From: Lama guanicoe
Lineage: Eukaryota
Length of the DNA stretch: 64,000 nucleotides
Reading direction: 5' to 3'
Assembly: GCA_013239625.1 (NCBI GenBank)
Contig: MU053652.1
Coordinates: 6,625,902-6,689,901 of the forward strand
A program made the translations under genes and the position numbers. Each line of letters begins with the position of its first letter. Position 1 is the stretch's first letter. Below, piece after piece: positions 37,300-50,230 of this stretch. Under the pieces are notes generated by a model. It searched no databases, was not told where the DNA came from, and was given only the letters and a program-made list of their open reading frames with translations.

Positions 37300-40150
37300 A
37301 AGCTGGAGACAGACATATATAAAAATATCCTAGCACAAAGTAAATGCTTTCATTGCCATTATATTTTTTAGCGCCCCCTTTGTTTTTATTTCATGAGTTC
37401 TTCATAACTGATCATTTTAACTGATATAACTGATCAGATTTTTCTTATAACTGATTATACTTTTCTTACTGATGTGTCTGCTAGAAAATAAACAAACATG
37501 GACAACAAGATCTGATCATGCACTATTTATCCCACCTCTGACATAACTGTATTTTGTTTTTCCTTTCCTTCTGTCCTCTTTGTCATTTTTGTATGTTTTC
37601 TTCAGTTCATTTTTTTATCTGTATTCCGTAAAACTGTCAAGTAAACATACTCAATAAGAATATATTTCATTAACATTTTATATGGTTTAATCACTTTTAT
37701 ATTATTGCATTAGTGTCTACATAAATATCAATTCTATTTACAGATTCATTAACAAATTCTCTATATTTGAGCATTTGGCCAGGTAAACCCAAGTTCATTA
37801 TTTTATTAATAAAAATATATTAAATGGTCAACAAGTGCTATAATAAATTAAACATTAAATTTTGTTTTAATATATTCAAAATTTCATCTTTTATAGCAGG
37901 AATATATAGTGTTTTAAAAAGACTATTATTAGAGGCAATTTTAAATACTTCTTTGGACAACTGCTTACAGTAGACACTGTTTTCATATTTCAATAACAAG
38001 TGTAGAGCTAAAATCTAGAAATATATATTTTAGGACATATGCTGAGTTTTTGAGAGAAAAAATTATGTGTTTCAGTTGGAAAACCATTGCATAGCTTTGT
38101 ACTTCTTACACGTAGAAATATAAGACAACACACAAAAAGGGAGAGGATGTAACTAGAAAAGAGAGAGGAAATATATCCTTAGCTTCATCTTGGCAGTATT
38201 TATGATGTTCAGAAAATAGCCAGAAAGATAACATAGATACACATAATACCAAGAAAAGTCAAGCTGAGAAAAGAAAGCCCTGAACAATCAGAATAGCACT
38301 GACGATCAGATCATTTGAGGGTCTTTCTATTACAAAGAAGCCTGAAGTTTCAGAATTTGAATATGTTGAAAAAAGATACCTGACTCAGGTGAGGTCTGAT
38401 GGTGAATTTTTTTTGATGGTAAATCTTTAAAAAATGATTTTCTTAAATTTGAGAATTGAAATGTGTGAGAGTTGTAATAGCTAATTGAGGGAATACAAAC
38501 ATTTAAAACTGTCAACTTCTATCTAGGCATTTATTCTTAAAATTTTACTTATTTTGCATATTCTGTGTTTTGAATACCATATTGATCATTTGGTTTATCA
38601 TTTTCAATCTCCTCCCTCTGCGTTTCCTCCCTTAAAAAACGAAAAAGTTCAAAGACCCACAGGAACAGAGCAAATCATGCATCCATATAGAGTAATAGCA
38701 ATTATCAACATTCTGCCAGTCTTTTATTTATACCTCAATGAGAAGTTATTTTTTTCTAAATATTTCAAAGTAATTTTTCAGGTATCATTCTTATTTTACC
38801 TACAAGTGCTTTGAAATGTATTGAAATTTATTTCGGAAAGGATTTCACTGTATATACATTTGTCAAAATGAATCAATTTGCATACTTAAAAAATGTAAAA
38901 TTTATTTTATGGCAATAACACTATAATAGAACTTACAAAATGAAGATCTTTTTTTTCACATTTATAGCTAGGTATTGTATGCATTTTGCTTTTATAAGTG
39001 AGATGTTTTTGGTTTTTGCCTGTATATAAAACACAGACTTCATTTTCACAACTATTTATCCAGCAACTGTATTATATTCCCTGATTTTAAACAGTTTATC
39101 TGTTGAGTGTTCTGGAATTTCTGTGCATAATGATAGCTTTCATTTTTTCCCTAATCTTTATGTTATCCTTTTAAACTTGCTTTAACCCACCAGCTAGGAT
39201 TTCCAATACAGTACTGAAAAGAAGTAACAGCAAAAAACATTGTCATTTTCCTAAATTCTAGGGGAAAGTCTAAATTTTTAATCACTATGTTATTGGTTGT
39301 AGGTTTTGTCTAGATGTACTTTATCAAGCTGAAAGAATTTTGTCCTGTTCAGTTTATACATGTATTTTTAAATTCTACTTTATGTGGTTTATAAAAATGA
39401 GTATATTGAATTTTATCAAAAAATCTGTTCCTCATTTATTAAAAAGATGTTTTTCTTCTTAAGTTGTAAATAAAATTTATTGACTAATATTAAACAAATC
39501 AGGCATTTCTAAAATAAACTCCTTTGTATATCTGTCATAATGTATAGTTGTTTTTATATATCCATGAATTCAGTTTACTTTTACATCTGTATTTGTGAGA
39601 GATAACTGCCTTCCTTGCTTTGGGTTTTTTGCTTGTTTGTTCTTGTAATGCCCTTTTCAGGTTTTGATACTAAACTTACAGGGACCAAGTTTGTAAGTAT
39701 TCCTTGTCTATTTCCTACATTATTTACATGATCTGTATTTTTTTCTCTTAAATATTTGGAAAATTTGAATAGTGAAGCTATTTAGGACTGGGATTTTCTT
39801 TGTAAGAATTTTATCTTTTATTGTATAGATACAATACATTTAGTACTTTTCTCTTTATTCTTTTTTCACCTTTTGATGTATTTTTCAACTTGTCAATTTC
39901 ACAAATTACGTCAAATTAATTCATATATGTAGGGGCTTTACAAATTTACCCTTGTTATGTCTCCTTATAAAATCTAGCACTTTGTTACTATGAATAGCTC
40001 TATCTTACCTTCAGTCTTTTTAACTGTCAATCTACTCTGATATTAAGATAGCTATCATTGCTTTCTTTGGTTACTATATGCAGGTATATATTTTTTCATC
40101 TATTGCTTTCAGTCTTTTTGTTTTGTATTTAAAGAGCATATCTTATAAAA
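37300..40150. mobile_element. Mosaic of old L1 fragments (mostly antisense ORF2/3' end; sense segment ~37800-38460)
   Basis: 'gctaggatttccaatacagtactgaaaagaagt', 'attgaattttatcaaa', 'tctactctgatattaagatagctatcattgctttctttggtt' L1 patterns. Confidence 0.7.
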
Positions 40151-40199
40151 GAAATCGTGAGGGTGAAGAAGTTGGTGCCATAATGATAGCCAAGAGGAG

Positions 40200-41560
40200 A
40201 AAATACTTATGATTTCTTTTTGGGTTTTGTTTTTCAGTGACACTGTTTTTCCCTAGAGAATTGAAGGATTTCTTTGTCTTTAAAGTCTACTAATTTTATC
40301 AAGGTAAATCTCCAAGGTGGTTATTGTAGGTCAGTTTTCTAAATTACATGGCAGGCCTCTTCAATATGAAAATGTAGGTCTTTTATTTCTCTTGAAAATG
40401 ATCTCTTGGAGTATAGTTTTCAACACTAATTTTGTTTTTTGGTTTTTTTTTTTGTAAGGACTCAATCTATATGTATGGGCTTTCCTCACCTACCTTCTAT
40501 ATGTATCACTCCCTCTCTAGTGGTGTTTGCTTCTTCATTTTTTAATTCTTGTTTGTGTCATTGTCTTTACGAAATGACTTTTCCTATGTTTTCAGTTGAA
40601 TCTAGGCTATATGTGTGTGTGCTATGTAATTTGCTCTTTTGTGACATGATTTTGTATTTTTCAAATATGAAAGATATTATTCTAATATCTTTTATGAGTT
40701 TGCTAGCTTACTTTCTATTTTACTTTATTATCCATTTCTGATCTAAGTTTTTGAATATCTCACTTGAAGCAGTTTCTTTTAATACATGCAAATGGTTGTT
40801 TAAGGATGTTTAATGTAGATTGATACATTCCCTTTTTTGTTTGTTTGTTTGTTTTGGAAGAGTTAGTCACTAGCTAAAATTGTGTAATTCTCATTTTATG
40901 TTAGCTTTTTGTTGTGGTTTATGTGTTTTGCAAACAATTTTCTGCCATTGGAAAATGTCTCATACTTTACAGAATCAGCAACACCACCAAGTCGGGATGA
41001 GAAGTTTGGGTTGCTTATTAGATTGTTTAGTTCAAGTTTGCCCTCTTCTGTTGTTACAGAGAAGTGCAGCTTTTACAATGGCAGCTTTATTTTGGTGGGG
41101 GGAATCACGATGTCTTCCACGTTTGTGGTTCTTCTTCTCCTTCCTCCCTAGAAGACTTATCTTCCTCTTGCTTCCTTCCCTTACACTCACCACCAACCAT
41201 CTGAGGGATGTCTCTGAAGCCCCCCTCCTTTTTGCCCTCTAAGTGATGAATTTCTAACATTGCCGCCCAGTCCATGGTTCCTTTTTTATTTCAGAACTCA
41301 GACCTGTTTTCAATAAGTCCCTGCTTGGGGAATTTGCTCTTTCTTTTTTCCCCTTTTTTAAACCTTTTTTTTTTTTTAACTGAAGCATAGTCAGTTTACA
41401 ATGTTGTGTCAATTTCTGGTATACAGCACAATGCTTCAATCGTATATGAATATACGTATATTTGTTTTCATATTCTTTTTCATTGTAATCTTTCTGATGG
41501 TATTACTTATCTCAGTCCCAGAACACTTTGTACTACTATCCTCTCCCACAAGTTAGCTTT
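40200..41560 (-). mobile_element. Old L1 5' region/HAL1-like fragment
   Basis: T-rich antisense pattern typical of L1 ORF1/HAL1; family not resolved. Confidence 0.4.
41364..41488 (-). mobile_element. Young lineage-specific L1 3' end (5'-truncated) with poly(A)
   Basis: poly-T then 'aactgaagcatagtcagtttacaatgttgtgtcaatttctggtatacagcacaatgcttcaatc', matching cetartiodactyl/camelid L1 3' ends. Confidence 0.85.
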
Positions 41561-41786
41561 TTTAGTTGTGGATATTTATTTCTCTACTTACATGTAAATT
41601 GTACAGAGAGACAGAAAGAGACAGAGAGACAAAGAGAATCTGTGTATTAGCTCTCCTAGCAGGAATTATGTGTGGTTTTATGTATTCAATTTGTTCATCT
41701 GTATGCTTTTTGGAATACAGGTGGAAAGACTTGGATTTAGGGGGCATTCACTTTCCTTCACAAACAAAATTTTCTAAAAATTACTT

Positions 41787-41905
41787 ATTATTTATTTTTT
41801 TAAATTTTACTTTATTGTATTTTTTCAGTGGAGGTACTGGGGATTGAACCCAGGACCCTGTGCATGCTAAGCATGCACTCTACACTGAACTATATCCACC
41901 CTGCC
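41787..41905 (-). mobile_element. tRNA-derived camelid SINE (Vic-1-like)
   Basis: 'ggaggtactggggattgaacccaggaccctgtgcatgctaagcatgcactctac' (B-box GGTTCAATCC on minus strand), AT-rich tail, 14-bp TSD tctaaaaattactt/tctaaaatttactt. Confidence 0.9.
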
Positions 41906-42999
41906 TCTAAAATTTACTTTTAAATGAAATAGGATGAAATAAACAAGATGGTATGGAACAGAAATAGAATAAATTGGATTACATTCATATATGAAGTAGA
42001 TGATATGTGTATATGCTTGCATGTGAGAAAACATATATACAATCTTTATCTACAGAATTTTAATATATATTCTTATTGCGGCTGTGGTTAAAAAAGAAAT
42101 ACAAAAGTAGAAAAGAGAAAAGGACTGCCTTAGAATATGTTTGGGATTTTTTTTCGGTCCAGATCACAAGAAAACAATTTCTGATGGGAGAAGTAAAAAG
42201 AGAAGCACTGAAACAAGTCTGGGTGCACAGCAGAGAGAAACTTTTGCCCTAAGAATGGTAAGTCATGCCAAAGTCAGCATACTGGGGCAGCATGTTAAAG
42301 AAGTTGTCCTTCTTTAAACAAGATCCTGAATGTCAAACTCAGCTAATACCGATCTTCAAAAAACTCTAGAGAGTCCAAGATTATCAAATAAAAACAGTAG
42401 TGTTAGATTATGTGTTCAATTTACAGTTTTTTGCTTTAACATCTCATTTTACTTCGAATATATAAAGATTTGGATTTCTTTCATCAAAATAACAGAGTTT
42501 GCCCCATAGGACCACAAAAATCTTTACATGCCCTGAAACTTCCCATATGTAAAGCTTTCCTTACTGTATGTTTCTCCATTGTTCTTTTACTTGGTTCCAT
42601 GATCCTAAATAAAAGTAATTAACTTGTATATGTGAAAGCATTTAAATCATACAAGCACCGACAGAAAGGAGACATTCATATAGTTGAGAGCCATGCAAAA
42701 TGTCTTTACTCTACAATTTTGTTCTTTGGAGTCTAAACAGCACTATGCAAATAACATAGAACTCCAAAGATTAAGTTTCCTAATGAGACCTGCTGAACAG
42801 TTAATCCATAGTGAAGTGTCTTCTGGTATTTCTTATTATAACCTGCCATATTATGAAAGTTAAAATGCAAGTATACACTTCTGAAAAATCAAAGTTATTA
42901 GCTGAGAAAATTATCTCACTACTCTGTCATTTTATTCGGGGGTGGGGAGGGGGGGTTGTGAGACTCTGGTCCCAGGAGTGAGTAAAATTATAAGACCTG

Positions 43000-43190
43000 C
43001 AATTTCTTAAACTTTTTACACAGCTCATGAACCATCTTACACATTTCTAACCTGTTCTTATTTAATTCCTATAACAATGCTCTGAGGTGTCATTGTCTCC
43101 ATTTTATATGTGAAGTAACTGAGATTTCAAGGTGTTAAATAGTTTGCCCAAAGCTACACAGCCTGGGAGATGAAGACAAGCTCACAATAT
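43000..43190 (-). mobile_element. MIR SINE
   Basis: 'tttaattcctataacaatgctctgagg...ccattttatatgtgaagtaactgag...ggtgttaaatagtttgcccaaagctacacagc'. Confidence 0.85.
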
Positions 43191-43709
43191 CCACCCTCCG
43201 GCTGCCCACACTCATCCCATTCTTCCTACCCCAAACTGGGGCCATGTTTGTTCCCCACAGAGAATAAGCCCCCAACTTCATCTTCACCTACTGATAGTGA
43301 GTTTTCAGAAATGTATGTATTCCATAGGATAAATCTCACTGGTTCATTTTAAGTATACTTATTGTCTTTAAGGAAGCTAGTAGCTCATCATTTAAAATCT
43401 ATTTTTATTAAGCATAAATTCAATCACACTAGAAAAAAACAAAAACAAAAAACTAATTTTAGAAGTGAAAGTAGTAACTCTGCCAGAGTGGTTGTTCCTT
43501 CAAGCAGGCATTTGTATCAGCCTGATGATCTATAGCTTTGTAATACTCTCTTATGGTACCTAATTACTCCCTGCAGAGGGGTGGGGAGGGTTTCAATACA
43601 ACCTTAACTGAGAAGATATGGAGTGGGATGAAAAGCCAATGTATTTTTGAAAGTGAGTTGTCTGAGTTTTGCATCCATATTCCTGGGAGATACAGCACAA
43701 AATCACTGT

Positions 43710-43915
43710 ATGATGAAATATTCAAGAAGCTTCAGGAACCCCAAAGAGAAAATACAAACCACACCAAGACTCATTATAATAAAATTGCTGAAAGCCATAA
43801 TAAAGAAAAAAATCTTAAAAGCAGCCAGATAGGAAAATTTCATTGCAAACAAGGGGAGAAATATAAGAACAGTGACTTCTCATCTGAACCAAAAGGAACT
43901 GACAACAGCGGGAAT
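43710..43915 (+). mobile_element. L1 ORF1 fragment
   Basis: Translation TTPRLIIIKLLKAIIKKKILKAAR matches the L1 ORF1 'PRHIIIKL...KEKILKAAR' motif. Confidence 0.85.
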
Positions 43916-44119
43916 TGAACCCACAGCCTTTATCCTCTATGCTAATCAGCTCCAGGCCAGTATCACTAAAACATCTAGATTTGTCTTAAAGTTGTTGGAT
44001 TCTGTTCTCATAGTCAAGAATTAAAGATAAAAGTCAGAAATGAAATAAATTGTGTAGGAGAGGGCGTGGAGATATAGCAGTCTCAATGAATTTGAAAAGT
44101 GGCATTTTTTCCATCAATC

Positions 44120-44935
44120 TTGTGTTTATATTTCATCATTTCTATAAGAGTCTAATAAGGAAGTATTACTATTTTTGTTTTAATGATAATGCAACCAAGC
44201 AGGACCCTATGGGGCCTTCCTGGGACAGGCCACTCCCTCCATGTCCTCTGCCTGCCTCTTTTTTGCAAAACAACTGTACACAAAAGCCTCCCCTGAGACG
44301 CAAAAGCCTGGCTCAAGAATTAGTGACTGAAAGGATGTGACCATGTAGTGACAGAAACAGTAGCTGGGCCAGGAGAACTAGTAAGACCTTAACCAATAAA
44401 TCAGCCATATGGCAGTCACAGAATCTTCAGTTCCTCCCTCAAGAGCATAGATAACCATGTCTGATGCACATTCCTGAGTTGTTCTACAGATACAAAAACC
44501 CCCACCAAAGAGAAGTGAACTGCTTGATGACCACGAGCAGAAGCATACAGCCCCCACACCTACGGGAGCCTGAAGACTGATGATGATAAGCCCGTAACAG
44601 GGCCCCGCTACCTCACCATCAGCCAAGCAGAGAATTATGCACAAGCTGAACACACACCCTGTGACTCCCTTTTCTCACCTCGCCTTTAAAAAGGCTCTCC
44701 TGCAACTCACCAAGGAATTCAGGTTTTTTGGACATTAGCTGCCCCAGACTCTGTGTCTGACACCTTACAATAAATAAGGCACTTTCCTTCACCACAACCT
44801 GGTGTCAGCAGATTGGTTTTACCAAACAGGGCAAACGGACCCAAGTTTGGTTTGGTAACAATAAGGAAACCAAACCCAAGAATATAACATCATTTGCCAA
44901 CAAGATAAACAGAAAACACTGTTGAAGTTAGACCT
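44120..44935 (-). mobile_element. MIR fragment split by an LTR insertion
   Basis: 'aggaagtattactatttttgttttaatgataa|ggaaaccaaacccaag...catttgccaacaagataaacag' rejoins across the LTR. Confidence 0.55.
44190..44860 (+). mobile_element. Full-length ERV1-type solo LTR (671 bp)
   Basis: Starts TGCAACC, ends GGTAACA; perfect 4-bp TSD ATAA (44186-44189 / 44861-44864); TTTAAAA box and AATAAA near 44769. Confidence 0.92.
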
Positions 44936-46059
44936 ACTAAGCATGGAACATTCAGAAAATGAGCAATAAACTAATGAAATAATGTTTAAAATATTCAGTT
45001 CTATCCCCCAAAAGTAAATACCACTATTATTTTTTGCTCATTTTCCTACAAATTTCCTTTAAAATACAGTTGAATTGAATTTATGTATCTGCAAGATAAT
45101 GTACCTCCAACATCTATAATATAAATCAGAGTTCATGCTATTCAAAGAATGTTTCTCACATAATAGATTTTCTTTTCATTTTCTAAAGCAAATGTTTATC
45201 CATTTATAACCAAGCACTTTGTTTAATGTTCAGTACAATTATACATTCATTCCAATATGTAACTTTTGAAATTAAAAAAAACTACATAGCTTGTAAGTGG
45301 GAAAAAAAATGAATTCATACCCAAATCTCTTTGATTCCAGATTCTGTGATCATAATCATTATGTTGTACTTTCTTCTAAGTTATATGTGGAAGAAACTTT
45401 TCATGATCCTGGGATGAGCAGCAAATCAGACTAATATTACCAATGATGTAAATGTCAGCAAAGGCCAAAAGTAAAAGACTCATGTATATAAGTGCTCTTA
45501 TTTTTAAGCATTGTTTTTTTCTCTTAGTTACTGTTTCCAAGAAAAACAGATACTTAACTCTGGAGAATCGAGGAACTTTGTTTTTTAAGCTGGAAATATG
45601 GAAATTTTGTGAGGCTGAAAAAACTGGCTATTTAATAACTGAGCATAAAGCAAAAAATATTTATTATTCTCTATTTTCTCTGTCATTGTTTGAACACAGT
45701 TATTTCAGTAAATCAGCTAGCACCAACACTGATTAACAGACATACAAATTATTGTAATGAGATCATAACCTTTCCAAAGGAAGAGACAAGTTGTACTTTG
45801 ATGTTTGACTTTCTTCTACAATATGAGGAAAAAAAAAAACATCTCTTAACATTTTTACAAATGTGAAGATGGATTTCCTAGAATATTTGTTCCAATTTTT
45901 AAAATGCATATGATACATTTTCAAAATTATGTCTATTGGTTCTTTCCTGCATGCTTTTGAAGTAGATAACTTGTTCTAATTTTGTTGGCATACATTCATA
46001 TTCATATGCAGAATTTCTTTTGTGAAGTCATCCAGAGGATATAGGCTAGAACAATGTGC

Positions 46060-46200
46060 TTAACTGAACAATATTATCTCAACTTCACAGATGACAGAAC
46101 TGAGACAGAAAAGTAAAATGACATATTCAATGCCACTGAATGAGTCACTGGAAAAATCAGAATTAGAATTCACTGTCCACGATTTCCAAGACTGAATGTT
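46060..46200 (-). mobile_element. MIR fragment
   Basis: 'cacagatgacagaactgagacagaaaagtaaaatgacatattcaatgccac...cagaattagaattc'. Confidence 0.7.
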
Positions 46201-46729
46201 GGCAGAACTACTCCCCTATTTGGCTAGAGATTTTTGTTAGTTTGCAAATTCCAATACAAACGTTAATCTATTTATAACATTGGTATGGAAATAAGACAAA
46301 CCTCTACTTAAAAATAAACATGATACATAGATTCTTATCATGGTAGAAATAGATTTGAACGTAACATGTGACCTACGGTGCACCCAATACGGGTCAAAGT
46401 AAAGTGTACTGTAAATAAAACTGTATCTATATTATATGTTCATTTTTTCACTTAATTAAAGCAAATCCTATTAAGTTTGTACCATATTTCTAATGTTCAA
46501 TGTTCACAATTTCATATGGCTCCACCTTATATATCAATAGATACAAATACAATCATGTAAATTGTTTTCTATTGAAAACAAAGTCTTAAGTTCAGAGCTT
46601 CCACATTAATCCCTGAACTTGGCTTCCAAACACGAATTACTACGTATCTCATTCACATAAACATTTCACAGCGTCTGAGCTTACGACAGTGCAGGGAGAG
46701 CCCAAGTTTCTCCAAAAGACTACTGCCCA

Positions 46730-47080
46730 AGACGGCGGATCTCAGAATGACTCCAGGACTCCTGGGAGTTCTAGAGACCTTTTCATGGGGTCAAATATGC
46801 TCAAAGTTACTTTTATACAACTAAGATATTTATGCCCTTTTTACTCCCATTCTCATGAATGTGTCTACCAGCTGTATCATATGTGATGACATTACTGCTT
46901 TGACGGATAATGTAGTAAGTAAGTACCCGTGAATTCTTATGCCTTAACTTTGTTTTCAGTTTTAATGTCTAATATGGTAAATACTGATAGATAGTGCTAC
47001 ATAAACAAAACCTCCTTGAAGTACTTGATAATTTTAAGACTGAAAAGGAGACTTTGGACCAAAATGCTTGGTGCCAACTG
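46730..47080. mobile_element. hAT-Charlie non-autonomous DNA transposon relic
   Basis: 'gagaccttttcatggggtc...tctaatatggtaaatactgatagata...cataaacaaaa...gaccaaaatgcttggtgccaactg'. Confidence 0.7.
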
Positions 47081-47649
47081 TTCAAAGGAAATTAGAAATT
47101 AGCAACAGAAACAGATGCACAAATACATAACTCCAGGGAACTGTAATGCATGCTAATTGGCATTATAGACAGAATTTGATGGGGATACTGAGTGGGACTA
47201 ATTCTTCTGAAAATTGGAGAAATTTGTAAAAAAGAAGTAACACTGGGCCTTGACCATTTTGTCTATTGAGAGTATATGGGCACCAGCCTCAAGGGAATCC
47301 ACTGTGTTCACGTGACCAGTCGTGTGATCAGAGCCGACACAGCAAGGTCTTGGACCGTGCAGCCGTACAAGACTTCTGATGTGGCAGTTTCCTGATTGTG
47401 GTAGCTTTCTTGTTATGGCCACAACAGCAGCATGGAGACAGTTTCCATTACAGAAGATGTTTTCCTAATTTTAAAAGAGGGAACAACTCCCCAGTGGCCA
47501 TTTTTGAGGTGTGGCTTTGAGAATTCTTCTGGAAATTTCCTTTAGGTTTACATAAATTTTCATTTCTGTAAGCCATTTAATAATCTGAAATAAATCCATT
47601 TCTCTATAAACTAGCCACAAATGTATCTGTTTGGCCTTTCATCTGAACT

Positions 47650-48205
47650 CTGGCCAGTAAGTCGTGTCTTCTCAGTCAAGAGAAAAAAGGTATTTCCATG
47701 GCAGAAAATACTAAAATTAATTAAGAAAGCATAGTGTTCAGGGAATGATGAAAAATCTAGTTTAACTAACACCCAGCAAGCACGGCTATAACTGACAGGA
47801 AATGATCTAGAAACGTGTGTAAGGTGTAGAGCGTGCAAGGCCTTAAATGTCAAGTTGAATAATTTACACATTATCCTTTGGGGCATGTGTTCTTATACCT
47901 GCCGAGAAGTTTTATAAAATACAGATTCCCATGTCTCACTCCAGACATGTTTAATCATTCGAATCTGTATTTTATCAAAGCTTTTTAGACATTTATTGGC
48001 CAGGTTTTTGACCTAAACTTAAACAATGCAGGGGGGAAAAAAAAAACAGTTGCAGGCAGAGAATTGAAGCGATCAGATATTTGCATTAGAAAGAGTTCTC
48101 TGTTTTTGCCACTGGTAATTGATTGTGAGATAGAATAATATGAAATAGGGAAAATAAGACTGTCAATAATACAGTTAAGAGATTCTAAACAGTGACAGTG
48201 AGGAT
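47650..48205 (-). mobile_element. L2 fragment containing a MER5-like insertion (~47885-48015)
   Basis: L2 antisense 'gatcagatatttgcattagaaag'; MER5-like 'aaaatacagattccc...ctccagac...aatctgtatttta'. Confidence 0.55.
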
Positions 48206-48429
48206 TGATAATACAATATTATCTTTATACAAATTATCTTTATACAAATACAAATTATCAATACAAGAAGCACTGTATATGACCCTTTTTTATGCATATC
48301 TCCCTAATTAGAGTATATTTTCCTTGTATATACAAATTGTAATATAATATTTCAAAAGTACTCTCTTATCCCAGTTCTGAAATCGTATCTAAAAACTCTC
48401 CATTCCCCTTTACAGGAAGTTTGCTAAAT

Positions 48430-48790
48430 GCACATCCAAACCATTTACCTTATTGTGTTCTAACACTGCTGGATAACAACATTCACACCCAACCTGCAGA
48501 GGCCTCAGAGCCAAACAGCTAGGGACAACCTGCTCTTCCTTGGGCCTGCAGAGTCTTTCGAAAGACCCAATCCACAAGAAGCTCTCCAAATCTAGTTAAC
48601 CCTACCCCATTTGCCATACATAAGCTGCTTCCTATAGTTCAGTTTGTGGTAACCCTTTTCCCAGGTGTAACCCCTTGTGTGCCTCTGTCTTCTCTTACTC
48701 AAAGGTGTCGGTGGCATTGTGTTGTGATCCTCCATCACTAGAACCTAACGAATGTAATTATTTACCCTTGGATGTTGTGATCACTGGTGG
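48430..48790 (+). mobile_element. Probable ERVL-class LTR fragment (MER74/MER54-like)
   Basis: 'gagccaaacagctagggacaacc...ccaatcc...ttgccatacataagctgct' resembles ERVL LTRs. Confidence 0.4.
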
Positions 48791-49364
48791 AGCAAAGTAT
48801 AAAGACCATTGCCTGTCACGCAGTACGTGTAGATTTTTTTTTTTTTTGGATGAATGGATAATTGAAAGAACCTGTAAAATGGGGGATTATCTTTTCTCCA
48901 GGGTTTAGTATTGTTATGCATATTCGAGGTAACAAATCTACTGTTATTTGACACATGGTGGGCTACTGAAATATATCAAAGATTATTCCGACAAATAAAA
49001 GAGCTTAAAACAAAAAGGAAACAGCTGACCTAACAGTTGGGTTTCACAATGAATGACTAATAAAATCTCTGTGCGTTGGATACAGCCCTTGGCTTGGCGA
49101 AAAGTAAAGATAAATCCTCCAAACATAAGGTTCACAGAATTAGAAAAAAATGGGAGAACAGAAGCTAAAACAGAAATCCCAAATAATATCAGAAATTTCT
49201 AGTTATCAGAGAAAGGAATGACATGTGTACACCGGGAAGAGAAATAATTACAAGTTCCCCAAGATCATACATGTTGAAAATGATAAATAACAACATCAAA
49301 TAAGTATGTACATATCTAATTACATGTCTATGTTTACTATATCCATAAATATGTTTATTTGGGG

Positions 49365-50230
49365 GGTATTTCCACACAGACAAACATGTCATCTGCAAAC
49401 AGTTTTATTTCTTCCTGCCCCATCTTTACACGTTCTATTTCTTTTTATTGTCTTACTGGAACAGCTAGGATGATGCTGAGTAGGAGCAGGGATAGAGGAC
49501 ATCCTTGCCTATTTCCATTTTTAGGGGGAGATCATCCAGTACAATTAAACAAAGTAAAAGCTACAGGTTTTTTGCACCTTTTTTTAATCAAGATAAGGCA
49601 GTTTCTTCTACTTTTGGTTTTCAGAAAGTTTGTGTCATTAATGGGTACTGAATTTTGTCAAATGCTTTTTCTCCATCAACTTAATTTGGTTATGTCATTT
49701 TTCCTCTTTATTCTGTCAATACAATGGATTACACTGGTTGATTTTCAAAACTGAATCAGCCTTGCATACTTCAAATAATTCCCACTTTAACATGCTGCAT
49801 AACTTTTTTACACTTCTGAATTTTTTTTGTGTTTTTGTGCAGAATTAATTTATTCGGCAGTAGTAAATAACTGATAGAGTCATACTTACGTTGCTATTAT
49901 AAATAGTACATGATAAGAAATAACTATTTTTAACTAAAGCCATCTTACAAAGGCTTTTGTATATTGATTCTATATCCAGCCAAATTGCTAAAGTATCTAA
50001 AAATTGTGCTTTTCCTTGTATTCAAGCACTTCATCTGTGAAAAATGGTTGCATTACTCATTCTTCTCTAATCCTTTAACTCTTATTTTTGTCTTATTTTA
50101 CAGCACTATATAAAATACAATACAATATATTGTCACTATATTGATCAACATTAATAATAATGGCATATTTATCTTGTTCTTAATTACAAAGGAACAGGTT
50201 CCAATAATGAAGTCTTTGGTTAAGTATATT
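49365..50230 (-). mobile_element. L1 ORF2 fragments (antisense)
   Basis: 'atgtcatctgcaaacagttttatttcttcct...ggacatccttgcct...tgaattttgtcaaatgctttttctccatc...ggattacactggttgatttt'. Confidence 0.88.

Noticed and set aside
40439..41242. Cluster of 80-120 aa ORFs
   Set aside because: They lie in T-rich antisense L1/HAL1-like sequence that is naturally poor in stop codons
41830..41905. tRNA gene
   Set aside because: The tRNA-like head is followed by an AT-rich tail and flanked by a TSD, so it is a SINE
49359..49754. 131-aa plus-strand ORF
   Set aside because: Antisense reading of L1 ORF2, a common artefact
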